From Eledone cirrhosa (taxonomy: Eukaryota), in the NCBI GenBank assembly GCA_964016885.1, contig OZ024740.1, positions 27,528,001-27,592,000 of the forward strand: a stretch of 64,000 nucleotides of DNA, in the 5' to 3' direction. A program made the translations under genes and the position numbers. Position 1 is the stretch's first letter; the number at the start of each line of letters is the position of its first letter. Positions 1 through 12,109 of this stretch are shown here, one piece after another. The notes beneath the pieces were generated by a model, which worked only from the letters and a program-made list of their open reading frames with translations, did no database searches and was not told where the DNA came from.

Positions 1-59
1 GTTGTTGGTAGTGTTAGTAGTGGTAATAGTTTTGATGGTGTTGTTGGAGGTGTTGGTAG

Positions 60-2270
60 TGTTAGTAGTGGTAATAGTTTTGATGGTGTTGTTGTTGGTG
101 TTGGTAGTGTTAGTAGTGCTAATAGTTTTGATGGTGTTGTTGGTGGTGTTGGTAGTGTTAGTAGTAGTAATAGTTTTGATGGTGTTGTTGGAGGTGTTGG
201 TAGTGTTAGTAGTGGCAATAGTTTTGATGATGTTGTTGTTGGTGTTGGTAGTGTTAGTAGTGGTAATAGTGTTGATGGTGTTGTTGGAGGTGTTGGTAGT
301 GTTAGTAGTGGCAATAGTTTTGATGATGTTGTTGTTGGTGTTGGTAGTGTTAGTAGTGGTAATAGTTTTGATGGTGTTGTTGGAGGTGTTGGTAGTGTTA
401 GTAGTGGCAATAGTTTTGATGATGTTGTTGTTGGTGTTGATAGTGTTAGTAGTAGTAATAGTTTTGATGGTGTTGTTGGTGGTGTTGGTAGTGTTAGTAG
501 TGGTACCAGTTTTGATGGTGTTGTTGGAGATGTTGGTAGTGTTAGTTGTGGCAATAGTTTTCATGGTGTTGTTGTTGGTGTTGGTAGTGTTAGTAGTGGT
601 AATAGTTTTGATGGTGTTGTTGTTGGTGTTGGTAGTGTTAGTAGTGGTAATAGTTTTGATGGTGTTGTTGTTGGTGTTGGTAGTGTTAGTTGTGGCAATA
701 GTTTTGATGGTGTTGATGGTGGTGTTGGTAGTATTAGTAGTGGTAATAGTTTTGATGGTGTTGTTGGAGGTGTTGGTAGTGTTAGTTGTGGCAATAGTTT
801 TCATGGTGTTGTTGTTGGTGTTGGTAGTGTTAGTAGTGGTAATAGTTTTGATGGTGTTGTTCGAGGTGTTGGTAGTGTTAGTTGTGGCAATAGTTTTCAT
901 GGTGTTGTTGTTGGTGTTGGTAGTGTTAGTAGTGGTAATAGTTTTGATGATATTGTTGGTGCTGGTAGTGTTAGTAGTGGTAATAGTTTTGATGGTGTTG
1001 TTAGTGTTGGTAGTGTTAGTAGTGGTAATAGTTTTGATGGTGTTGTTGCTATTGGTAGTGTTAATAGTGGTAATAGATTTGATGGTGTTGTTGGTGGTGT
1101 TGGTAGTGTTAGTAGTGGCAATAGATTTGATGGTGTTGTTGTTGGTGTTAGTAGTGTTAGTAGTGGCAATAGTTTTGATGGTGTTGTTGGTGGTGTTGGC
1201 AGAGTTAGTAGTGGTAATAGTTTTGATGGTGTTGTTGGTGGTGTTGGTAGTGTTAGTAGTGGTAATAGTTTTGATGGTGTTGTTGGTGTTGTTGGTAGTG
1301 TTAGTAGTGGTAATAGTTTTGATGGTGTTGATGGTGGTGTTGGTAGTGTTAGTAGTGGTAATAGTTTTGATGATGTTGTTGGTGTTGGTAGTGTTAGTAG
1401 TGGTAATAGTTTTGATGGTGTTGTTGTTGTTGTTGGTAGTGTTAGTAGTGGTAATAGTTTTGATGGTGTTGTTGGAGGTGTTGGTAGTGTTAGTAGTGGT
1501 AATAGTTTTGATGGTGTTGTTGTTGGTGTTGGTAGTGTTAGTAGTGCTAATAGTTTTGATGGTGTTGTTGGTGGTGTTGGTAGTGTTAGTAGTAGTAATA
1601 GTTTTGATGGTGTTGTTGGAGGTGTTGGTAGTGTTAGTAGTGGCAATAGTTTTGATGATGTTGTTGTTGGTGTTGGTAGTGTTAGTAGTGGTAATAGTTT
1701 TGATGGTGTTGTTGGAGGTGTTGGTAGTGTTAGTAGTGGCAATAGTTTTGATGATGTTGTTGTTGGTGTTGGTAGTGTTAGTAGTGGTAATAGTTTTGAT
1801 GGTGTTGTTGGAGGTGTTGGTAGTGTTAGTAGTGGCAATAGTTTTGATGATGTTGTTGTTGGTGTTGATAGTGTTAGTAGTAGTAATAGTTTTGATGGTG
1901 TTGTTGGTGGTGTTGGTAGTGTTAGTAGTGGTACCAGTTTTGATGGTGTTGTTGGAGATGTTGGTAGTGTTAGTTGTGGCAATAGTTTTCATGGTGTTGT
2001 TGTTGGTGTTGGTAGTGTTAGTAGTGGTAATAGTTTTGATGGTATTGTTGTTGGTGTTGGTAGTGTTAGTAGTGGTAATAGTTTTGATGGTGTTGTTGTT
2101 GGTGTTGGTAGTGTTAGTTGTGGCAATAGTTTTGATGGTGTTGATGGTGGTGTTGGTAGTATTAGTAGTGGTAATAGTTTTGATGGTGTTGTTGGAGGTG
2201 TTGGTAGTGTTAGTTGTGGCAATAGTTTTCATGGTGTTGTTGTTGGTGTTGGTAGTGTTAGTAGTGGTAA
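60..2270. repeat. Block duplication in satellite A with 1428-bp offset
   Basis: The same order of rare variants (agtgct, gttgatagt, ggtaccagt, ggagat, agtattagt) recurs 1428 bp apart; ORF-track pair 561..794 and 1989..2222. Boundaries approximate. Confidence 0.85.
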
Positions 2271-5200
2271 TAGTTTTGATGGTGTTGTTGGAGGTGTTGG
2301 TAGTGTTAGTAGTGGTAATAGTTTTGATGGTGTTGTTGTTGGTGTTGGTAGTGTTAGTAGTGGTAATAGTTTTGATGGTGTTGTTGGTGGTGTTGGTAGT
2401 GTTAGTAGTGGTAATAGTTTTGATGGTGTTGATGGTGGTGTTGGTAGTGTTAGTAGTGGTAATAGTTTTGATGGTGTTGTTGTTGGTGTTGGTAGTGTTA
2501 GTAGTGGTAATAGTTTTGATGGTGTTGTTGGTGGTGTTGGTAGTGTTAGTAGTGGTAATAGTTTTGATGGTGTTGATGGTGGTGTTGGTAGTGTTAGTAG
2601 TGGTAATAGTTTTGATGGTGTTGTTGGAGGTGTTGGTAGTGTTAGTAGTGGTAATAGTTTTGATGGTGTTGTTGTTGGTGTTGGTAGTGTTAGTAGTGGT
2701 AATAGTTTTGATGGTGTTGTTGGTGGTGTTGGTAGTGTTAGTAGTGGTAATAGTTTTGATGGTGTTGATGGTGGTGTTGGTAGTGTTAGTAGTGGTAATA
2801 GTTTTGATGGTGTTGTTGGTGGTGTTGGTAGTGTTAGTAGTGGTAATAGTTTTGATGGTGTTGATGGTGGTGTTGGTAGTGTTAGTAGTGGTAATAATTT
2901 TGTTGTTGGTGTTGGTAGTGTTAGTAGTGGTAATAGTTTTGATGGTATTGTTGGTGGTGTTGGTAGTGTTAGTAGTGGTAATAGTTTTGATGGTGTTGTT
3001 GTTGGTGTTGGTAGTGTTAGTTGTGGTAATAGTTTTGATGGTGTTGTTGGAGGTGTTGGTAGTGTTAGTAGTGGTAATAGTTTTGATGGTGTTGTTGTTG
3101 GTGTTGGTAGTGTTAGTAGTGCTAATAGTTTTGATGGTGTTGTTGGAGGTGTTGGTAGTGTTAGTAGTGGTAATAGTTTTGATGGTGTTGTTGGAGGTGT
3201 TGGTAGTGTTAGTAGTGGTAATAGTTTTGATGGTGTTGTTGTTGTTGTTGGTAGTGTTAGTAGTGCTAATAGTTTTGATGGTGTTGTTGGAGGTGTTGGT
3301 AGTGTTAGTAGTGGTAATAGTTTTGATGGTGTTGTTGGAGGTGTTGGTAGTGTTTGTAGTGGCAATAGTTTTGATGATGTTGTTGTTGGTGTTGGTAGTG
3401 TTAGTAGTAGTACTAGTTTTGATGGTGTTGTTGGTGTTGGTAGTGTTAGTAGTGGTAATAGATTTGATGGTGTTGTTGGTGGTGTTGGTAGTGTTACTAG
3501 TGGCAATAGTTTTGATGATGTTGTTGTTGGTGTTGGTAGTGTTAGTAGTGGTAATAGTTTTGATGGTGTTGTTGGAGGTGTTGGTAGTGTTAGTAGTGGC
3601 AATAGTTTTGATGATGTCGTTGTTGGTGTTGGTAGTGTTAGTAGTGGTAATAGTTTTGATGGTGTTGTTGGAGGTGTTGTAGTGTTAGTAGTGGCAATAG
3701 TTTTGATGATGTTGTTGTTGGTGTTGGTAGTGTTAGTAGTAGTAATAGTTTTGATGGTGTTGTTGGTGGTGTTGGTAGTGTTAGTAGTGGTAATAGTTTT
3801 GATGATGTTGTTGTTGGTGTTGGTAGTGTTAGTAGTGGTAATAGTTTTGATGGTGTTGTTGGAGGTGTTGGTAGTGTTAGTAGTGGCAATAGTTTTGATG
3901 ATGTTGTTGTTGGTGTTGGTAGTGTTAGTAGTAGTAATAGTTTTGATGGTGTTGTTGGTGGTGTTGGTAGTGTTAGTAGTGGTAATAGTTTTGATGATGT
4001 TGTTGGTGTTGGTAGTGTTAGTAGTGGTACTAGATTTGATGGTGTTGTTGGAGGTGTTGGTAGTGTTAGTAGTGGTAATAGTTTTGATGGTGTTGTTGGA
4101 GGTGTTGGTAGTGTTAGTAGTGGCAATAGTTTTGATGGTGTTGTTGGTGGTGTTGGTAGTGTTAGTAGTGGTAATAATTTTGTTGTTGGTGTTGGTAGTG
4201 TTAGTAGTGGTAATAGTTTTGATGGTGTTGTTGGTGGTGTTGGTAGTGTTAGTTGTGGCATTAGTTTTGATGGTGTTGTTGGTGGTGTTGGTAGTGTTAG
4301 TAGTGGTAATAGTTTTGATGGTGTTGTTGGTGGTGTTGGTAGTGTTAGTAGTGGTAATAGTTTTGATGGTGTTGTTGGTGGTGTTGGTAGTGTTAGTAGT
4401 GGTACCAGTTTTGATGGTGTTGTTGTTGGTGTTGATAGTGTTAGTAGTGGCAATAGTTTTCATGGTGTTGTTGTTGGTTTTGGTAGTGTTAGTAGTGGTA
4501 ATAGTTTTGATGGTGTTGTTGGAAGTGTTGGTAGTGTTAGTAGTGGTAATAGTTTTGATGGTGTTGTTGTTGGTGTTGGTAGTGTTAGTAGTGGTAATAG
4601 TTTTGATGGTGTTGTTGGTGGTGTTGGTAGTGTTAGTAGTGGTAATAGTTTTGATGGTGTTGTTGGAGGTGTTGGTAGTGTTAGTAGTGGTAATAGTTTT
4701 GATGGTGTTGTTGTTGGTGTTGGTAGTGTTAGTAGTGGTAATAGTTTTGATGGTGTTGTAGTTGGTGTTGGTAGTGTTAGTAGTAGTAATAGTTTTGATG
4801 GTGTTGTTGTTGGTGTTGGTAGTGTTAGTAGTGGTAATGGTTTTGATGGTGTTGTTGTTGGTGTTGGTAGTGTTAGTAGTAGTAATAGTTTTGATGGTGT
4901 TGTTGTTGTTGTTGGTAGTGTTAGTAGTGGTAATAGTTTTGATGGTGTTGTTGGACGTGTTGGTAGTGTTAGTTGTGGCAATAGTTTTCATGGTGTTGTT
5001 GTTGGTGTTGGTAGTGTTAGTAGTGGTAATAGTTTTGATGGTGTTGTTGTTGGTGTTGGTAGTGTTAGTAGTAGTAATAGTTTTGATGGTGTTGTTGGTG
5101 GTGTTGGTAGTGTTAGTAGTGGTAATAGTTTTGATGGTGTTGATGGTGGTGTTGGTAGTGTTAGTAGTGGTAATAGTTTTGATGGTGTTGGTGGTGTTGG

Positions 5201-8080
5201 TAGTGTTAGTAGTGGTAATAGTTTTGATGGTGTTGGTGGTGTTGGTAGTGTTAGTAGTGGCAATAGTTTTGATGGTGTTGTTGGAGGTGTTGGTAGTGTT
5301 AGTAGTAGTAATAGTTTTGATGGTGTTGTTGGAGGTGTTGGTAGTGTTAGTAGTGGCAATAGTTTTGATGGTGTTGTTGGAGGTGTTGGTAGTGTTAGTA
5401 GTGGCAATAGTTTTGATGATGTTGTTGTTGGTGTTGGTAGTGTTAGTAGTAGTAATAGTTTTGATGGTGTTGTTGGTGGTGTTGGTAGTGTTAGTAGTGG
5501 TACCAGTTTTGATGGTGTTGTTGGAGGTGTTGGTAGTGTTAGTTGTGGCAATAGTTTTCATGGTGTTGCTGTTGGTGTTGGTAGTGTTAGTAGTGGTAAT
5601 AGTTTTCATGGTGTTGTTGTTGGTGTTGGTAGTGTTAGTAGTGGTAATAGTTTTGATGGTGTTGTTGTTGGTGTTGGTAGTGTTATTTGTGGCAATAGTT
5701 TTGATGGTGTTGGTAGTGTTAGTAGTGGTAATAGTTTTGATGGTGTTGTTGTTGGTGTTGGTAGTGTTAGTTGTGGCAATAGTTTTGATGGTGTTGATGG
5801 TGGTGTTGGTAGTGTTAGTAGTGGTAATAGTTTTAATGGTGTTGTTGGTGGTGTTGGTAGTGTTAGTAGTGGTACCAGTTTTGATGGTGTTGTTGGAGGT
5901 GTTGGTAGTGTTAGTTGTGGCAATAGATTTCATGGTGTTGTTGTTGGTGTTGGTAGTGTTAGTAGTGGTAATAGTTTTGATGGTGTTGTTGGAGGTGTTG
6001 GTAGTGTTAGTAGTGGTAATAGTTTTGATGGTGTTGTTGTTGGTGTTGGTAGTGTTAGTAGTGGTAATAGTTTTGATGGTGTTGTTGTTGTTGTTGGTAG
6101 TGTTAGTAGTGGTAATAGTTTTGATGGTGTTGTTGGAGGTGTTGGTAGTGTTAGTAGTGGTAATAGTTTTGATGGTGTTGTTGTTGGTGTTGGTAGTGTT
6201 AGTAGTGCTAATAGTTTTGATGGTGTTGTTGGTGGTGTTGGTAGTGTTAGTAGTAGTAATAGTTTTGATGGTGTTGTTGGAGGTGTTGGTAGTGTTAGTA
6301 GTGGCAATAGTTTTGATGATGTTGTTGTTGGTGTTGGTAGTGTTAGTAGTGGTAATAGTTTTGATGGTGTTGTTGGAGGTGTTGGTAGTGTTAGTAGTGG
6401 CAATAGTTTTGATGATGTTGTTGTTGGTGTTGGTAGTGTTAGTAGTGCTAATAGTTTTGATGGTGTTGTTGGTGGTGTTGGTAGTGTTAGTAGTAGTAAT
6501 AGTTTTGATGGTGTTGTTGGAGGTGTTGGTAGTGTTAGTAGTGGCAATAGTTTTGATGATGTTGTTGTTGGTGTTGATAGTGTTAGTAGTAGTAATAGTT
6601 TTGATGGTGTTGTTGGTGGTGTTGGTAGTGTTAGTAGTGGTACCAGTTTTGATGGTGTTGTTGGAGATGTTGGTAGTGTTAGTTGTGGCAATAGTTTTCA
6701 TGGTGTTGTTGTTGGTGTTGGTAGTGTTAGTAGTGGTAATAGTTTTGATGGTGTTGTTGTTGGTGTTGGTAGTGTTAGTAGTGGTAATAGTTTTGATGGT
6801 GTTGTTGTTGGTGTTGGTAGTGTTAGTTGTGGCAATAGTTTTGATGGTGTTGATGGTGGTGTTGGTAGTATTAGTAGTGGTAATAGTTTTGATGGTGTTG
6901 TTGGAGGTGTTGGTAGTGTTAGTTGTGGCAATAGTTTTCATGGTGTTGTTGTTGGTGTTGGTAGTGTTAGTAGTGGTAATAGTTTTGATGGTGTTGTTGG
7001 AGGTGTTGGTAGTGTTAGTAGTGGTAATAGTTTTGATGGTGTTGTTGTTGGTGTTGGTAGTGTTAGTAGTGGTAATAGTTTTGATGGTGTTGTTGGTGGT
7101 GTTGGTAGTGTTAGTAGTGGTAATAGTTTTGATGGTGTTGATGGTGGTGTTGGTAGTGTTAGTAGTGGTAATAGTTTTGATGGTGTTGTTGTTGGTGTTG
7201 GTAGTGTTAGTAGTGGTAATAGTTTTGATGGTGTTGTTGGTGGTGTTGGTAGTGTTAGTAGTGGTAATAGTTTTGATGGTGTTGATGGTGGTGTTGGTAG
7301 TGTTAGTAGTGGTAATAGTTTTGATGGTGTTGTTGGAGGTGTTGGTAGTGTTAGTAGTGGTAATAGTTTTGATGGTGTTGTTGTTGGTGTTGGTAGTGTT
7401 AGTAGTGGTAATAGTTTTGATGGTGTTGTTGGTGGTGTTGGTAGTGTTAGTAGTGGTAATAGTTTTGATGGTGTTGATGGTGGTGTTGGTAGTGTTAGTA
7501 GTGGTAATAGTTTTGATGGTGTTGTTGGTGGTGTTGGTAGTGTTAGTAGTGGTAATAGTTTTGATGGTGTTGATGGTGGTGTTGGTAGTGTTAGTAGTGG
7601 TAATAATTTTGTTGTTGGTGTTGGTAGTGTTAGTAGTGGTAATAGTTTTGATGGTATTGTTGGTGGTGTTGGTAGTGTTAGTAGTGGTAATAGTTTTGAT
7701 GGTGTTGTTGTTGGTGTTGGTAGTGTTAGTTGTGGTAATAGTTTTGATGGTGTTGTTGGAGGTGTGGGTAGTGTTAGTAGTGGTAATAGTTTTGATGGTG
7801 TTGTTGTTGGTGTTGGTAGTGTTAGTAGTGCTAATAGTTTTGATGGTGTTGTTGGAGGTGTTGGTAGTGTTAGTAGTGGTAATAGTTTTGATGGTGTTGT
7901 TGGAGGTGTTGGTAGTGTTAGTAGTGGTAATAGTTTTGATGGTGTTGTTGTTGTTGTTGGTAGTGTTAGTAGTGCTAATAGTTTTGATGGTGTTGTTGGA
8001 GGTGTTGGTAGTGTTAGTAGTGGTAATAGTTTTGATGGTGTTGTTGGAGGTGTTGGTAGTGTTAGTAGTGGCAATAGTTT
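1420..8080. repeat. Block duplication in satellite A with 4709-bp offset (about 1.4-3.4 kb repeated at about 6.1-8.1 kb)
   Basis: Markers ggagat, agtattagt, the short unit aataattttgttgtt and ggtattgtt recur in order; ORF pair 1989..2222 and 6698..6931 differ by 4709. Boundaries approximate. Confidence 0.8.
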
Positions 8081-11000
8081 TGATGATGTTGTTGTTGGTG
8101 TTGGTAGTGTTAGTAGTAGTAATAGTTTTGATGGTGTTGTTGGTGGTGTTGGTAGTGTTAGTAGTGGTACCAGTTTTGATGGTGTTGTTGGAGGTGTTGG
8201 TAGTGTTAGTTGTGGCAATAGTTTTCATGGTGTTGTTGTTGGTGTTGGTAGTGTTAGTAGTGGTAATAGTTTTGATGGTGTTGTTGTTGGTGTTGGTAGT
8301 GTTAGTAGTGGTAATAGTTTTGATGGTGTTGTTGGAGGTGTTGGTAGTGTTAGTAGTGTTAATAGTTTTGATGGTGTTGTTGGAGGTGTTGGTAGTGTTA
8401 GTAGTGGCAATAGTTTTGATGATGTTGTTGTTGGTGTTGGTAGTGTTAGTAGTAGTACTAGTTTTGATGGTGTTGTTGGTGTTGGTAGTGTTAGTAGTGG
8501 TAATAGATTTGATGGTGTTGTTGGTGGTGTTGGTAGTGTTACTAGTGGCAATAGTTTTGATGATGTTGTTGTTGGTGTTGGTAGTGTTAGTAGTGGTAAT
8601 AGTTTTGATGGTGTTGTTGGAGGTGTTGGTAGTGTTAGTAGTGGCAATAGTTTTGATGATGTTGTTGTTGGTGTTGGTAGTGTTAGTAGTGGTAATAGTT
8701 TTGATGGTGTTGTTGGAGGTGTTGGTAGTGTTAGTAGTGGCAATAGTTTTGATGATGTTGTTGTTGGTGTTGGTATTGTTAGTAGTAGTAATAGTTTTGA
8801 TGGTGTTGTTGGTGGTGTTGGTAGTGTTAGTAGTGGCAATAGTTTTCATGGTGTTGTTGTTGGTGTTGGTAGTGTTAGTAGTGGTAATAGTTTTGATGGT
8901 GTTGTTGTTGGTGTTGGTAGTGTTAGTAGTGGTAATAGTTTTGATGATGTTGTTGTTGGTGTCGGTAGTGTTAGTAGTGGTAATAGTGTTGATGGTGTTG
9001 TTGGAGGTGTTGGTAGTGTTAGTAGTGGCAATAGTCTTGATGATGTTGTTGTTGGTGTTGGTAGTGTTAGTAGTAGTAATAGTTTTGATGGTGTTGTTGG
9101 TGGTGTTGGTAGTGTTAGTAGTGGTACCAGTTTTGATGGTGTTGTTGGAGGTGTTGGTAGTGTTAGTTGTGGCAATAGTTTTCATGGTGTTGTTGTTGGT
9201 GTTGGTAGTGTTAGTAGTGGTAATAGTTTTGATGGTGTTGTTGTTGGTGTTGGTAGTGTTAGTAGTGGTAATAGTTTTGATGGTGTTGTTGTTGGTGTTG
9301 GTAGTGTTAGTTGTGGCAATAGGTTTGATGGTGTTGATGGTGGTGTTGGTAGTATTAGTAGTGGTAATAGTTTTGATGGTGTTGTTGGAGGTGTTGGTAG
9401 TGTTAGTTGTGGCAATAGTTTTCATGGTGTTGTTGTTGGTGTTGGTCGTGTTAGTAGTGGTAATAGTTGTGATGGTGTTGTTGGAGGTGTTGGTAGTGTT
9501 AGTAGTGGTAATAGTTTTGATGGTGTTGTTGTTGGTGTTGGTAGTGTTAGTAGTGGTAATAGTTTTGATGGTGTTGTTGGTGGTGTTGGTAGTGTTAGTA
9601 GTGGTAATAGTTTTGATGGTGTTGATGGTGGTGTTGGTAGTGTTAGTAGTGGTAATAGTTTTGATGGTGTTGTTGTTGGTGTTGGTAGTGTTAGTAGTGG
9701 TAATAGGTTTGATGGTGTTGTTGGTGGTGTTGGTAGTGTTAGTAGTGGTAATAGTTTTGATGGTGTTGATGGTGGTGTTGGTAGTGTTAGTAGTGGTAAT
9801 AGTTTTGATGGTGTTGTTGGAGGTGTTGGTAGTGTTAGTAGTGGTAATAGTTTTGATGGTGTTGTTGTTGGTGTTGGTAGTGTTAGTAGTGTTAATAGTT
9901 TTGATGGTGTTGTTGGTGGTGTTGGTAGTGTTAGTAGTGGTAATAGTTTTGATGGTGTTGATGGTGGTGTTGGTAGTGTTAGTAGTGGTAATAGTTTTGA
10001 TGGTGTTGTTGGTGGTGTTGGTAGTGTTAGTAGTGGTAATAGTTTTGATGGTGTTGATGGTGGTGTTGGTAGTGTTAGTAGTGGTAATAGTTTTGATGGT
10101 GTTGTTGGAGGTGTTGGTAGTGTTAGTAGTGGTAATAGTTTTGATGGTGTTGTTGTTGGTGTTGGTAGTGTTAGTAGTGGTAATAGTTTTGATGGTGTTG
10201 TTGGAGGTGTTGGTAGTGTTAGTTGTGGCAATAGTTTTCATGGTGTTGTTGTTGGTGTTGGTAGTGTTAGTAGTGGTAATAGTGTTGATGGTGTTGTTGG
10301 AGGTGTTGGTAGTGTTAGTAGTGGTAATAGTTTTGATGGTGTTGTTGTTGGTGTTGGTAGTGTTAGTAGTGGTAATAGTTTTGATGGTGTTGTTGGTGGT
10401 GTTGGTAGTGTTAGTAGTGGTAATAGTTTTGATGGTGTTGATGGTGGTGTTGGTAGTGTTAGTAGTGGTAATAGTTTTGATGGTGTTGATGGTGGTGTTG
10501 GTAGTGTTAGTAGTGGTAATAGTTTTGATGGTGTTGTTGTTGGTGTTGGTAGTGTTAGTAGTGGTAATAGTTTTGATGGTGTTGTTGGTGGTGTTGGTAG
10601 TGTTAGTAGTGGTAATAGTTTTGATGGGGTTGATGGTGGTGTTGGTAGTGTTAGTAGTGGTAATAGTTTTGATGGTGTTGTTGGTGGTGTTGGTAGTGTT
10701 AGTAGTGGTAATAGTTTTGATGGTGTTGTTGGAGGTGTTGGTAGTGTTAGTTGTGGCAATAGTTTTGATGGTGTTGTTGTTGATGTTGGTAGTGTTAGTA
10801 GTGTTAATAGTTTTGATGGTGTTGTTGTTGGTGTTGGTAGTGTTAGTAGTGGTAATAGTTTTGATGGTGTTGTTGGAGGTGTTGGTAGTGTTAGTTGTGG
10901 CAATAGTTTTGATGGTGTTGTTGTTGGTGTTGGTAGTGTTAGTAGTGGTAATAGTTTTGATGGTGTTGTTGTTGGTGTTGGTAGTGTTAGTTGTGGTAAT

Positions 11001-12109
11001 AGTTTTGATGGTGTTGTTGGAGGTGTTGGTAGTGTTAGTTGTGGCAATAGTTTTGATGGTGTTGTTGTTGGTGTTGGTAGTGTTAGTAGTGGTAATAGTT
11101 TTGATGGTGTTGTTGTTGGTGTTGGTAGTGTTAGTAGTGGTAATAGTTTTGATGGTGTTGTTGTTGGTGTTGGTAGTGTTAGTAGTGGTAATAGTTTTGA
11201 TGGTGTTGTTGGAGGTGTTGGTAGTGTTAGTTGTGGCAATAGTTTTGATGGTGTTGTTGTTGGTGTTGGTAGTGTTAGTAGTGGTAATAGTTTTGATGGT
11301 GTTGTTGTTGGTGTTGGTAGTGTTAGTAGTGGTAATGGTTTTGATGGTGTTGTTGTTGGTGTTGGTAGTGTTAGTAGTGGTAATAGTTTTGATGATATTG
11401 TTGGTGTTGGTAGTGTTAGTAGTGGTAATAGTTTTGATGGTGTTGTTGTAGGTGCTGGTAGTGTTAGTAGTGGTAATAGTTTTGATGGTGTTGTAGTTGG
11501 TGTTGGTAGTGTTAGTAGTAGTAATAGTTTTGATGGTGTTGTTGTTGGTGTTGGTAGTGTTAGTAGTGGTAATAGTTTTGATGGTGTTGTTGTTGGTGTT
11601 GGTAGTGTTAGTAGTGGTAATAGTTTTGATGGTGTTGTTGTTGGTGTTGGTAGTGTTAGTAGTGGTAATAGTTTTGATGGTGTTGTTGGAGGTGTTGGTA
11701 GTGTTAGTTGTGGCAATAATGTTCATGGTGTTGTTGTTGGTGTTGGTAGTGTTAGTAGTGGTAATAGTTTTGATGGTGTTGTTGTTGGTGTTAGTAGTGT
11801 TAGTAGTAGTAATAGTTTTGATGGTGTTGTTGGTGGTGTTGGTAGTGTTAGTAGTGGTAATAGTTTTGATGGTGTTGATGGTGGTGTTGGTAGTGTTAGT
11901 AGTGGTAATAGTTTTGATGGTGTTGGTGGTGTTGGTAGTGTTAGTAGTGGTAATAGTTTTGATGATGTTGTTGTTGGTGTTGGTAGTGTTAGTAGTGGTA
12001 ATAGTTTTGATGGTGTTGTTGGAGGTGTTGGTAGTGTTAGTAGTAGTAATAGTTTTGATGGTGTTGTTGGAGTTGTTGGTAGTGTTAGTAGTGGCAATAG
12101 TTTTGATGG

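Noticed and set aside
3675-3685. Isolated -1 frameshift (ggtgttgtagt); similar single +1 events near 36400 and 38370 as possible programmed frameshifts
   Set aside because: Each is a single occurrence in or beside short runs and is consistent with sequencing error or neutral slippage. There is no gene context.
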